Origin: Chiloscyllium plagiosum
Lineage: Eukaryota
NCBI RefSeq assembly: GCF_004010195.1
Contig: NC_057752.1
Span: forward strand, 98,956-162,955
Direction: 5' to 3'
DNA: 64,000 nucleotides
Position numbers and translations under genes: made by a program
The notes under the pieces: model-generated
What the model was told of the DNA's origin: nothing
What the model saw: the letters and a program-made list of their open reading frames with translations, nothing else
Databases searched by the model: none
Shown: positions 40,085 through 52,605 of the stretch, piece by piece
Layout: every line of letters begins with the position of its first letter
Position numbering within the stretch: the stretch's first letter is position 1

Positions 40085-40362
40085 TTTAATTAAACATATC
40101 AATGAACCTAAACCTGCAACCCATTCTAAAAGATGAAAGACTTAACAGCAATCTAGGTTTGTTCAATATATCATATCAGTTGCATGACACTATAACCTTT
40201 TGCTATAAAGTCTGTATCTTATGATCCTGCTCTACAGCTTCCTTATGAGGGAGCAGCACTCCGAAACCTAGTATTTCCAAATAAACCTGTTGGACTATAA
40301 CCTGGTGTTGTGTGATTTTTAACTTCGTCCACTCTCGTCCAACACCGGCACCTCCACATCAT
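40085..40362 (+). mobile_element. PLE terminal repeat (third family), degenerate hammerhead
   Basis: Matches 63890-64000 and 13295-13420; core CTTATGA GGGAGCAGCACTCC GAAACCTA. Confidence 0.75.
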
Positions 40363-41724
40363 TAAAAAGTCTGGTAATTTGCAGGTTGGCATGACTAGAA
40401 AGGTGCCAGGAAAATTTCTTATCCCTTCAAAGAAGAAAACCTGTCAACCTTACGTGGTCCATGCTACTTGGGACGCCAGTCTCACACTACCTGGTTGGCT
40501 CTCAATATGACAGTTTTTTAAATTCACTTATGGGACATAGACATCATTCCTGATTAAGAGCTTTTGCCCAAAACATCGATTTTCCTGCTCCTTGGATGTT
40601 GCCTGACCTGCTGTGCTTTTCCAGCACCACTCAAATATTGACTGTAATCTCCAGCATCTGCAGTACCCGCTTTTGCCATGGACATCACTGTCTGGCCAGC
40701 AGTTTATTGCCTGTCCCTGGTTGCCACTTGAGAAGGTGATGGTGAGCTGCCACCTTGAACCGCTGCAGTCCATCTGCTGTAGGTAGATTCTTAGAAAAGG
40801 AATTCCAGGATTTTGACCAAGTGACACTGAAGGAACGGAAATATATTTCCAAGTCAGGATGGTGAGTGGCTTGGAATTAGAGGAAAGCAATAAATTTGGC
40901 CACACCAGCATCAGTCATGTGCTAAAAACCTTTAAGTGTTACTATTATGGATGAACTTATTATTTTGTTGTACTTTTAGATATTAGTTGATGTGTGAAAT
41001 GCATTACACATGTTAGGTTTCATATCTCCTCCAGAAATCCTGTTTATTAAAAGTAAATAATCCATAAATGGAGACTCACCAATGGGGGATAAAGAGGAAC
41101 TGGCTCATTTGAAGGTAAACCTCCCCTTCCAATGTTGGTGTAAAAAAACTAAAATAAAATAACATTGACTAGAATTAGTTGGATTTCCCATGATTAATTT
41201 AGAATAAAAAGAAAAAATGGCTTTTTACTCCAGGTGTAGCTCCTCTCTGGTTTGATAAGAATGTATACACAAGAAGTCCAAATTCTGTTCCCTTGGTACC
41301 AACTCTCCCCCTCTCCTTGATAACAGTTTGAGAGGAAGTCAAGATGTTCACAGCCTTCATGTCACATTTGACCCCAAGATGAGCTTCCAACTTCATACTC
41401 ACACAGTCACCAAAATTGCCTTTTTCCATCTCTTGACATGCCCAATTTTGCCCCTTTCTCAGCTCTCATGCTGAATCAGTCATCTATGCCTTTCTTATCT
41501 CTAGACTTGACTATTCTAAAGCTCTCTTAGCTGGTCTCCTACATTCTATCCCCCCTTATACCTCAGCTAATCAGAAATTCTATTGCCTATGTCTTAAGTC
41601 ATATTAAATGAGAGGAAAAGAACAATAGAGGAACAGACATGTAGACAATTCATTGAAGTATACAAATAATAATAATAATAGGGTAATTATGGGATCTCAA
41701 CTTCCCAACATTAATTGGAATAGA

Positions 41725-43000
41725 CATAGGGAAGATAGGGGTGAGGGCTGAGGTGCAGGAAATGAGTAGGACCCAGCTGAGGGCGCTATCAATTATGGTT
41801 CTGGGGAATACTTGGTTGAAGAAGAAGGTGGATATTTCAAGGAGAAAGTGAGGACTGCAGATGCTGGAGATCAGAGCTGAAAATGTGTTGCTGGAAAAGC
41901 GCAGCAGGTCAGACAGCATCCAAGGAGCAGGAGAATCGACGTTTCGGGCATAAGCCCTTCTTATTTCAAGGCCCCTTGTCAAAGTTGGCATCATCAAATC
42001 AGGTGCAACAGAGACAGAGGAACTGGAGAATGGTAGCAGGGTGTGAGAATGTATAGTTAAGGTAACTGTGGGTGTGGGTGAGTTTGTAGTGGATGTTGGT
42101 GGCCAGCCTATCCCCAGAAATGGAAATAGAGATGTCAAGGAAAGGAAGGGAGGAGTCAGAGATGAACCAGATGAAGGTGAGAGTGGGGTGGAAATTGGAA
42201 GCAAAATTGTGGAATTTTTCAAATTCTGGATGAGAGAGGAAACAACACCAATGATGTCATTGATGTACCAGAGAAAGAGTTGTGGGTGAGGACTAGAGCA
42301 GGATTAGAATAAGGAATGTTCCACATACCCCACAAAGATACAGGTATATCTGGGGCCCATGTGAGTACCTGTGGCGATCCCTTGGACCTGAAGAAAATGG
42401 GAGCAGTTAAAGGAGAACATGTTCAAAATGAGGACAAGCTCAGTCAGGTGGAGGAGGGTGGTGGTGGACAGGGACAGTTCAGGCCTTTTCTCTAAGAAGA
42501 AGCAGAGAGCCCTGAGACCATGCTGATGAGACCGCGTAAAGTGATTGCACGTCCATAATGAAGAAGATGTGGCAGGACCCTGTGAACTGGGATTTCTGAA
42601 ACTGACAGAAAACATTAGAAGAATTGTGGATGTAATTGGAAAGGGACTGGACAAGCATAGAAAAAAATTGAGTCGAAGTTGGATGAGATGAGTTCTGGGA
42701 GGCAGAAGCAGGCAGAAACGATGGGTCTGTCCAGGCAGTCCTGTAGGTAGAAGAAAGTAGAAGCGGACTTTGCAGGGTTGGGCGAGTATGAGCTTGGAGG
42801 CAGTTAGTAGGGGGAGATCACCAAATGAAATGAAATTAATGACTATTGTGGTCACAATGGTCTTGTGTTCCTTGGTGGGGTCATGGTCCAGGGGGAGATA
42901 TCTGAGAGCTGGCACTCAGTCTCCACAATGGAGAGGTCAGTCTGCCAGACAACAGCCCCACCCTTGTCGACTGGCTTAATTATAAAGTCAGCATTGGATC
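41725..43000 (-). mobile_element. Penelope-like element reverse transcriptase remnant
   Basis: YLPLDHDPT..RFY..LTELVLILNMFSFNCSHFLQVQGIATGTHMGPRY..VEHSLF, then LFLWYINDIIG (YIDD motif), typical of PLE RT. A younger PLE end is nested at ~41840-41965 between ATTTCAAGG repeats. Confidence 0.88.
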
Positions 43001-43212
43001 TGAGAGTCTGAGCCTGAGGCAGTCACTGAGGAATGTGATGTAGTTGTGGAAAGAAGTTTTGGTAAATACCTTGCCAAACACTTGGGAGCGACAATAAAAG
43101 TAAAGACTGCGAACAAGAAAAAAGACGAGAACAGAAATTCTGTTGGAGATAGGAGCAGAACTTCTTCAAGGTGAGCATACCTGGAAGAGATGTGGCAGTG
43201 AGTTAAACACGA

Positions 43213-43855
43213 AGCAAAAAAACCAAAGAACTGCAGACACTGGAAACAAAATCAGAAATTGCTGGGAAAACTCAGCTTTTCTGGGCAGCATCAGTGGAGA
43301 GAAAGCAGTTAATGTTTTGGGTCAAGTGACCCTTGTTTAGAATTGATTGTAGCTAGGAAAAGGTTGATATATATATATTAGAAAAGGGATGGGAGAGGGG
43401 GAGCTGAGCCTTGCTAGAGCATTGTAGCAAGCCCAAGACAGAGATGTTGGCCAGGAAACACAGTGGTGGAGCAAGCTTAGCACAAGCTGGAAGAACAACA
43501 CCTCATATTCTGCTTGGGAACTCCGCAAACTTCTGAATTCAATATCAAGTTCAATAATTTTAGGGACTGAGCACCTCCTATCTCCTTACTCCAAACCCCA
43601 TACACCTGGCCCTGTCATCACATGGTTTGCTACCACAAACAACCCATTGTCAGCCCGAACAGTCCCCAGTAGCAGCTATTCATTCTCCCAAGCTCTGTCT
43701 GCCCAACTGTTTTTCTCTCTATTTAGGCCTCATGCCTCCTCTAACCTTTTCCTAGCCACAATCAGTTCTGACAAAGGGTCACTGGACCTGAAACATTTAA
43801 CTTTCTCTTCACAGATACTACCAGACCTGCTGAGTTTTTCCAGCAATTTCTGATG
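43213..43855 (+). mobile_element. Penelope-like 3' fragment with an inverted terminal-repeat copy
   Basis: Plus strand KLEEQHLIFCLGT..FNIKFNNFR (~43485-43565; PLE endonuclease C-terminus) followed by the terminal repeat. An inverted copy of the terminal repeat lies at 43213-43345. Confidence 0.8.
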
Positions 43856-44976
43856 ATGGAATCCAGGGTAATTGGGCAAGTTAGATCCAAAATTGGATTA
43901 GTAGTAGGAGACAGAGGGTGGTGGTCGAAGGCTGTTTATGTGACTGGAGGCCAGTGTCCAGTGGCATACCACAGGGATCAGCATTGGGTCCCTTATTTTT
44001 CGTGATATATATAAACGATAATAGATTAGAATGTGGGGGTGGAGAGAGGATAATTAAGTTTGTAGATGACACACCAATTGGCCAAGTGGTTAATAGTGAG
44101 TAAGAAGGTCTTAGGTATTTAACCCTGAAAACTGTGGAGTGATGCACTTTGGAAGGAGTACAAGACAAGGGAGTACTTATTAAATGGGAGAACACTAGGA
44201 AGCTCAGACAAACATAGGGATTTGGGATGTTTGCCCACAGATCCCTAAAGGCAGCTCGGCAGGAAAATAGGGTAGTTAGGAAGGCATATGTAACATGTGC
44301 CTTTATCAGTCGTTGCACAGATTATAAGAGCAGGGAGGTTATGTTGGAGCAATACAAAACTTTGGTTAGTTCTGGTCGTCTCACTATAGGAAGGATATGA
44401 TTGCACTGAATGGGATGCAGAAGAAATTCACCAGAATGTTACCTGGTGTTGACTGCTTTAGCTATGAAGAGAGACTGCATAAACTCGTTGTTTTCTTCAA
44501 GGGGGAACCTGTCTGAGGTATATAAGACTATGAGGGGCAAGATGGATAGAAAGCAGCTGTTCCCCTTATGGTGAAGGACAGGAGATTTAGAGGGGATTAG
44601 AGAAAATATTTTTTCATTGAGTGGGTTCTGGGAATCTGGAATGCATTGCCTGGGGGGGTTAGTAGAGGCGGAAACTTCACAACCTTTTAAAAGTACTTGG
44701 ATGAGCACTTGAAATGTCAGGACTGGACTGCCCTGAACAAGGGTTACACCCGAAACGTTGACTTCTCCAGCTCCTGATGCTGCCTGGCTTGCTGTGTTCT
44801 TCCAGCTTCCTCCTCGTCTACCTTGGATTCCAGCATCTGCAGTTTTTTTCTCTCTAATTTGAAATGTTGTAACATTTAAGGCAATGGGCCAAGTACTTGA
44901 AAGTTGGATTCGTGTAAATAGGCTTTTATTTGTCGACATAAACTCAATGGGTTGAAGAGCCTCTATTGTATGACTG
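43856..44976 (+). mobile_element. CR1 3' fragment with nested PLE piece (~44720-44857)
   Basis: VVEGCLCDWRPVSSGIPQGSALGPLFFVIYIND..KFVDDT. The nested piece is flanked by TTGAAATGT repeats. Confidence 0.85.
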
Positions 44977-45391
44977 TGCTTGCTGAATTGTACTGGCTTC
45001 CAGTCAGACAAGTCTTGATTTTAAAATTCTCCTCCTTGTTTTCAAATCCCCCCATTTCCTCACCTCTCCCTTCTCCCGATCTTTTTAATCTCTTCTTGCC
45101 CCACAATCCTTCAAGATATCTAAGCTGCTCTAATTCTGGCCTCTCAAGCATCTCTGATTTTAATCACTCCACCATTGCTGGCTACTCTTTCAGTTGCCTA
45201 AGCCTTTAGCTCTGGAATACTCTACCTAGATCTCGGCCTCCTCTCTTCCTCACTTTCCTCTTATAAGACACTCTTTAAAACCTAGGTTTTTGACCAAACC
45301 TTTGGTCATCCGACCATATTTCATTGTATGGTTCCGTGTTGTATTTTGTTTTATAATGCTCCTTTGAAGCACCTTGGGATGTTTTATTACA

Positions 45392-45596
45392 TGGAAAAGC
45401 GCAGCAGGTCAGGCAGCATCAAAGGAGCAGGAGAATCGACGTTTTGGGCATAAGCCCTTCTTCCTTCTTCAGGAAGAAGGGCTTATGCCCAAAACGTCGA
45501 TACTCCTGCTCCTTTGATGCTGCCTGACCTGCTGCGCTTTTCCAGCAACACACTTTTCAGCTCTGATCTCCAGCATCTGCAGTCCTCACTTTCTCC
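45392..45596. mobile_element. Fold-back PLE terminal-repeat insertion with 14-bp TSD
   Basis: 74-bp arms 45392-45465 and 45471-45544 (1 mismatch); TSD ATGTTTTATTACAT at 45379-45392 and 45597-45610. Confidence 0.92.
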
Positions 45597-46561
45597 ATGT
45601 TTTATTACATTAAAGGCAGTGTATAAATATAAATATCAATAGCCACTTAAAGGGGCGCTGTAACAGGAACAAACGTCAAAGGAATCTTAAAAAATTAAAG
45701 CATATATTATTGTTGTATATGCCCACTTCTGTAATATGAGTTGTGTATTTCAAGGAAATTACAGGCAGAGAGCAAGGGGAAGAGTATGAATGGCTTTGGA
45801 ATACTTATTTAGAAATACAACTTGAATAAAATAATACCACTACAAAGAAGGTGAAATTCTTCCATCATCTAATTTTCATTAAAAAATGTAAACCTGTTCC
45901 AAACTATCCTACTCAATACTATAGTTACAGTGTGGGGTAAACCAGGAGTTCCAGGGTGCTAAAGCCAGTCAGTAAAGCCTGTAAGTGGGTTTTTTTTATG
46001 ATTCAATGCAAACAGGAGAGGAACTTCAGAAATTTTTAGTGAAGGAAGTTCACTGAGTAATGGGACAAAACTATCATAAAGTCAGTACCTGGAAGGCTGA
46101 AGTATAAACACTCCTGGAATCTCACTTTAACAGGTTATAGCTTCAGGGGCTAGGCTGTTGTCAGAATAAATTCCAATGGAGGAAGTACATCATGCTTTGT
46201 AGAAGAGCATGTAGCACTATGCCAGCCCAGGACAGGTACTCTAAATGAAAAGCAAAGTTGAGAAGCAATTCATGCTTTGACACATGCTTCTTCAAAAAGC
46301 ACTGACATGCAGGCACACGCTAGTATCACAAACCATTGTCCATGCAAACCATCACCTCATCACCCAAAATTTAATTCAAATGTTTGTCACATAGTTAAAG
46401 GGCAAGATTTTCCCTGTTAGACTAGAATCTGTATTCCTATTCCTTCTGATAGGATTAATTAATTACCTCAAAGTAAAGGAACTTCAAAGGGAGTAGCAAC
46501 CGCGAGTGAGTTTTACATCCAATTTGAAAGGGAGAAGAGTAAGTCTAACACTAACATTTTA

Positions 46562-46780
46562 AGAGCTGAAAATGTGTTGCTGGAAAAGCGCAGCAGGTCA
46601 GGCAGCATCCAAGGAGCAGGAGAATTGATGTTTCGGGCATAAGCCCTTCTTCAGCCCTTCTTCGGGCTTATGCCCGAAACGTCGATTCTCCTGCTCCTTG
46701 GATGCTGCCTGACCTGCTGCGCTTTTCCAGCAACACATTTTCAGCTCTGATCTCCAGCATCTGTAGTCCTCACTTTCTCC
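46562..46780. mobile_element. Fold-back PLE terminal-repeat insertion with 15-bp TSD
   Basis: 85-bp arms 46562-46646 and 46664-46748 (2 CpG-type mismatches); TSD CACTAA(C/T)ATTTTAAG at 46549-46563 and 46780-46794. Confidence 0.92.
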
Positions 46781-47176
46781 ACTAATATTTTAAGGGAAAC
46801 TAAGTCAAGGCAACAATGTGGGCATAAAAGCTGATGTGAACTGGGACACTAAGTTAGGAGAAAGCTCAATAAAGAAACGACGGTAAACATTCAAGAGAAT
46901 ATTTCAGGATACTCAGAATAAGTATATTCCTACTATAGAGAAAAGTGCCAAGGGGAGGATCCACCATCTGTGGTTAACTAAAGAAATTAAGGAAATCATC
47001 ACACTTAAGGAAAATGCTTAAAATTGCAACAATGGCATGTCAGATTATAGATCAGTACATAAAGAATGGCAGAGAATTATTAAAACGTTAATCAGGAAAA
47101 AGTAATTACAATATAAGAGGAAAATAGCTAGAAATGTAAAAGATGGGTAACAAGAGCTGATATAGGTATTTAAAAA

Positions 47177-47498
47177 GGGTGGCATGGTGCCTCAGCGGTT
47201 AGCACTGGTGCCTCACAGCGCCAGCGGCCTGGGTTTGATTCCAGCTTTGGGCAACTGTCTGTGCGGAGTTTGCATATTCTCCCCGTGTCTGTATGGGTTT
47301 CCACCCACAGTCCAAAGGTGTGCAGGTTAGGTGGATTGGCCATGCTAAACTGCCCATAGTGTCCTGGGATGTGCAGGCGAGTGGATTAGCCATGGGAAAT
47401 GTAGGATTATAGGGGTGGGGTGGGTGGGATGCTCTTCAGAGAATCAGTGTGGGCTCAATAGGCTAAATGGCCTGCTTCCACACTGAAGGGATTCTATG
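47177..47498 (+). mobile_element. HE1-type V-SINE (older)
   Basis: tRNA-like head, V-domain, GGGATTCTATG tail. Confidence 0.85.
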
Positions 47499-48279
47499 TA
47501 AAATGAGAGGTAAAATAACTGTTGGTACTTGAGGTGTTAAAAAATCAATAATAAAGAAATGGTGGATGAAATTAACAAATATTTTGACCTGTCTTCACTA
47601 TAGCAGAAAAAAAACATTCCAGTAATAGCTGTAAATTAGGAGGTGGAAGAAAGAGAGGAACTTGGTGAAATTACAATTACCAAGGGATCAGTACTGAGCA
47701 AACTGATTGAGTAGTGGGATGACAAGTCTCTGGGTCCTGACAGACTTCATCCTAGGATTTTAAAGGGAGCTAGTGAGGTAGTAAATGCAGTTCTAGGGAA
47801 GGGTCACTTGACCTGAAATGTTAACTGCGATTTCTCTCCACAGATGCTGTCAGACCTGCTGAGCTTTTCCAGCAATTTCTATTTTTGTTTCTGATTTACA
47901 GTATCCGCAATTCTTTCATGTTTTATTTAGTAAATGCGTTGGTCTTGATTTTCTAAAGTACCCTAGATTCTGTAAAGCTTCCATCAGACTGGAAAATAGC
48001 ACACATATTCTCTCTATTTAAAAAGGAGGAGGTAGAAAACAGGAAACTATAGGCATTAGCTTGATGTAGGTCATGGAGAAGGTGTTAGGATCTATTGTTA
48101 AGGTTATAACTGGGCACTTAGAAAAATTCAAAGTAAGCAGGAAGAGTCATGTGGTTTTGTGAAAGGGAAATCATGTTTAACCAATTTATTGGAGTTCTCT
48201 GAAGGAGTAACATACACTGTGGATAATAGAAAGCTCATTGATGTGTTGTGCTTGAATTTCCAAAAGGTATTTGATAAGC

Positions 48280-48588
48280 TGGATGGCACAGTGGCACAGT
48301 GGTTAGCACTGCTGTCTCACAGTGCCAGAGACCTGGGTTCAATTCCCATCTCAGGCAACTGTCTGTATGGAGTTTGCACATTCTCTGTGTGGATTTCCTC
48401 TGGGTGCTCCGGTTTCCTCCCACAGTCCAAAAATGTGCAGTTAGGTGAATTGGCCATGCTAAATTGCCTGTAGTGTTAGGTAAAAGGATAAATATAGGGG
48501 AATGGGTCTGGGTGGGTTGCTCTTTGGAGGGTCGGTGTGGAATTGTTGGGCCAAAGGGCCTGTTTTCACACTGTAAGTAATCTAATCA
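48280..48588 (+). mobile_element. HE1-type V-SINE
   Basis: tRNA-like head, V-domain, AATCTAATC tail; splits the CR1 RT. Confidence 0.87.
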
Positions 48589-50128
48589 TAAAAGATTACT
48601 AAGCACGTGGTGTAGGGTGTAACATACTAGCATGGATAGAAGATTAACTGACTGGCAGAAAACACAGAGTATGCATAAATGGGTCTTTTTCTGATTGGCA
48701 GGAAGTGATGAATGTGGTCCCATAGAGGTCTGTGCTGAGGCATCAACGTTTTACAATCTATATTAATTACTTAGATGAGGAGAGTGAAGCATGGCAGCTA
48801 AACCTGCAGATGGCACAAAAATTGGTAGTAAAGCATGTTGTGGAGAAGACATAAGGAGGTGGTAGATGGATATAGTTAGGTTGAGTGAGTGCGGAAACAT
48901 CTGGCAGATGGAGTATAGTGTGGATAATGTGAAATTGTTCACTCTGACAGGAAGAATGAAAATGCAGAGTAGATTTAAATGGAAAGTGTCTGTAGAATTC
49001 TGAGGTGCACAGGGATCGAGATGTTCTAGTGCATGAGTCAAAAAAGTTAGTATGCAGGTACATCAAGTAATTAAGAAGACTAATGGGCTGTTATGACAAG
49101 AAGAATTGAACTTAGAACTCAGATAAATGGGGCATTGCAGCTCAAGTACTGTGTCAATTTTGGTCTCTTGATTTAGAGAAGGATGTAAATGTGTTGGAGG
49201 TGGTTCAGGTAATCATTATTGGCAATAGATGTGAATGCAAAATTCGAAACACAAACAGATCAGTCATCATCTTGTTTCATGGCAGAGCAGCTTTGAGGAG
49301 CTGAATGGCCAATATCTGTTCCTGATTTACATGCATGTATGTAGATATTTATGACTCCATAAAGTAAAGTTTAATAATTACCTACAGATCTTCCTGCAGA
49401 CTAGGTCTCTGGGCACTCTAATCAGTAAACAATTAAAATATTATTGGGCTCCTAAGGACTCAGATTTGTGTGTACTGATGAGGCTCCAGTCTGCCTCAAC
49501 AAAAGGGCTCAGTTAAAGGTGGCAGCAATGGAAACAGTTAAGTAAGTTTTCAGCCATGATTATGACTATTCAGCTATCTGATTATTATGAAGTGAGGGTG
49601 AGTTAAAATCACCCCATTAATTTTAGTTAACACAGCAGAATGATTCATTGAAAACATGCATACATAATGATACAGAAGAATGTGGTAGAACAATGATAAA
49701 CTGTACTTCTGAATGTATAATGTATATTTGTGCCAAGGATATTCCTTGCTTTGATAAATTCTTGATCTAAGCCTGATCATGAGATCAAAGCAATGAGTTG
49801 AGACTAGACATGGCTGTACAGGAAAAGGAAAAAAATCACAGCGGAGAGCAAAGCACTTTGGAGCAAGAGTAGGCCATTCGGCCCTTCAAGCCTTCTCCAC
49901 CACTCAATAAGACCATGGCTGACCTGATTGTGGTCTCAAATCCACTTTTCTGTCTGTCCCCCACAACCCTTGATTCCCAACTTGATCAGCAATCTATCTA
50001 ACTCAGCCTTGAACAAATTCAATAACTACAGCCTCCACTGCTTTCTGGAAAAGAGAATTCCACAAACCATTATTAACCCTCTGAGAAACAAAAAATCCTC
50101 ATCTCCATCTTGAAAGGATGACCTATTA

Positions 50129-50477
50129 TGTTGTGGTTCTGTTCGCCAAGCTGGAAATTTTTGTTGCAAACGTTTCGTCCCCTGTCTAGGTGACATCTTC
50201 AGTGCTTGGGAGCCTCCTGTGAAGCGCTTCTGTGGTGTTTCCTCCGGCATTTATAGTGGCCTGTCCATGCTGCTTCCGGTTGTCCACTATAAATGCCGGA
50301 GGGACAGGCCACTATAAATGCCGGAGGAAACACCACAGAAGCGCTTCACAGGAGGCTCCCAAGCACTGAGGATGTCACCTAGACAGGGGACGAAATGTTT
50401 GCAACAAAAATTTCCAGCTCAGCAAACAGAACCACAACAACGAGCACCCGAGTTACAAATCTTCACCCAAACTTTGG
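50129..50477. mobile_element. Fold-back insertion of a second PLE family with 11-bp TSD
   Basis: 138-bp arms 50129-50266 and 50302-50439; TSD TGACCTATTAT at 50119-50129 and 50478-50488. Confidence 0.9.
50166..50205 (-). ncRNA. Minimal hammerhead motif (family B); mirror copy on + at ~50363-50402
   Basis: Minus strand GCA CTGAAGA T GTCACCT-AGAC-AGGGGAC GAAA CG TT TGC; stem I GCA/TGC. Confidence 0.75.
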
Positions 50478-52204
50478 TGACCTATTATTTTTAAATTGTG
50501 TCCTCTCATTCTAGTCTCCTTCAGTATCCACCCTACCATGTCACCTCAGGATTCTATATGTTTCAATAAGATCAGTACTCATTCTTCTAAACTCCAATAG
50601 GTAAAGGTTTAACCTATTAAATCTTACTTCATAAGATAAGTCCTTCATTCTAGGAATTAGTGAAATGACCTCCTACCCTTTTCAAATAAAGGGGGACACT
50701 GGTGAAATGATGGTGGATGTACTTATAGAGCTACATGCATCAAAATATCTCAAAACACATTGCTTGCAGTTTATTTGAAGTTCAATGACTACTTTGTGAG
50801 GAAATGTGACAGCCACTCTTCACTTGAAATATCCTGTAAGTAGCAATGATAAATTTATAGGGACTTCATTAATACATGCAAATCGGAGTACTCTGGTGTG
50901 CAATTATTTTTGGCAAAGGTTTGTGATCTTTTTTGTCCAGACATTTCCATGTTGCTAAGCCTCACTATGGTGGAAAATCTGACTACCATATCACGAATGA
51001 ATGTGTCATTTGTGACCACATGGTCCCTATAGAATTGTATCCTATTAATGCCTTTGGAGGAGAGAAAATTTGTATTAAAATGTAAAACAAATTCTTCTGG
51101 AGAAATAAAGAAAAAGCTGAATATGTGACATAATTTTTATTTTCTGATTATTTCTTCTGGAAATGTTTATCTATAGCACTAGCACCCTTCACTGCCTCAC
51201 CAAACAACACATTCTTCACTTAATAGTCCTGGCAGTAAACATAAGCAGGTGAAGATGGAGAAATTATATGTGCAAATTTGATTCTGTCCTTCTCTGGCAT
51301 CTACATACACATTTTCCAGCAGTAGTCACTGGAACAGAGTCCTGGTTGGTTTTTGCCATCCCTAGGTTAGGTCCATAAAGTCAAACACAGTTCCATAACA
51401 CGGGACAGTAAATCAGAGTTAATGATGAAACTTGTTTTGCTCACTGCTGAAGTTTTCTTTGTAATTCTGTTCTTCAGGTAGATGTTAAAGATCCCACGCC
51501 ACTATTTGAAGAAAAGCAGTATTTTGGTCAGCATTCATCTCACAATTAGCTCTTCCTACAAAAGTGGATTCATGGGTCAATCACATAATTTGTTGTGTTT
51601 GGTATCTTGGCAGCTGCACTTTCCTACATAACACTCATAGCACTTCAAAATAATTCAGTGCATTAGATGTTTCTGAGAAGTGAAATAAGATGCTATTTAC
51701 TTACAAATTATTTTGGCAATGAAGGAAGATGAGCTGACCTATCTTACAAGCATTTATGCCCTGTGGCAATTTGCAAAAATAAGTACAGCTAAATACGATC
51801 CAGTTCTTGGAAATGCGTCACAAACAGAAGTAGCCCCCAGAAAAAATTTTCATGACATAACTTGTCTCTCATCTGATGGAAAATTACTGGCAATGATCAC
51901 TCTGAACACTTAACTATGACATTTGGAAAAGACACGGAAATAATTGAGACACCTGTGTCTATCAGTGAATTGTGCAACCACTTGGGAATCTGTGATGCAA
52001 ACTTGGAAGGACTTGGTGAGAATTGCTTATTGCTTTGTTACATTTTAACTTTGATTTCTCTTTTTGTAATATTTTGCTGCTGCCCCAATCTACCCCTTCT
52101 CTTCTGAAGGTGCCTGATCATTTGCTGCAATTTAGGTTTACTGGCACCAACTATATCTTGTACTCCACCATCACCTTTTCCCCTGTCATTATTCCTTATG
52201 TTTG

Positions 52205-52605
52205 AGCCTTGATGATGAATAACTCTGACTTGTCTGAGTCAGGATATTGTGGGTTCAAATCCCATTCCAGAGACTTGAGCACAAAATTCAGTCACTGAGG
52301 CATCATTGCACTGTTTGAAATACTGTCTTTTGGATGAGCTATTAAACCTATTCTCTCAGATGGACATAAAAGATCCAAAGGAACTATTTAAAAATGAGGA
52401 CTAGAATTCTTTGTCATGCCCTGACCAATATTTATCTCTCAATCAACGCCTAAAACTAGTTTGCCAAACTTATTGTTCCAATGCAGAAGCGTGGTATCTG
52501 AAAATTAGTTTCTGTTTTTCTACATGACCAGCATGACTGCACTATAAAAGTACTTTGTTGGGCATAAAGCACTCTGTGATAAAAAGGCACAGAATAAATG
52601 CACAT
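52205..52605 (+). mobile_element. Deu-domain SINE (SacSINE1-like); decayed relatives at ~39160-39445 and ~51470-51705
   Basis: B box GGTTCAAATCCC followed by a Deu-like core (GTCTTTTGGATGAG..TAAACC..CTCTCAGATGGACATAAAAGATCC..CCTGACCAATATTTATCTCTCAATCAAC). Confidence 0.65.

Larger units (their letters stand above)
41270..45390 (+). mobile_element. L2-like LINE 3' end split in two (41270-41605 and 44977-45390) by nested insertions
   Basis: CTCTAGACTTGACTATTC (SRLDYS) in the left part; VLAELYWLPVRQVLILKF at 44.98 kb is the expected continuation. Confidence 0.65.
46800..49340 (+). mobile_element. Old CR1 ORF2 remnant with nested SINEs and a PLE fragment
   Basis: KGKSCLTNLLEFSEGVT..NFQKVFDK (from 48159); decayed RT motifs to 49.2 kb. 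Confidence 0.8.

Noticed and set aside
41650..45011. 190-aa minus-strand ORFs (41650-42222, 44439-45011)
   Set aside because: Off-frame or antisense read-through across PLE/CR1 fragments and nested insertions.
45392..46780. MITEs/DNA transposons (inverted arms plus TSD)
   Set aside because: Arms are unequal with variable ends, TSD lengths vary (11-15 bp), and the sequence matches PLE retroelement terminal repeats rather than fixed TIRs.
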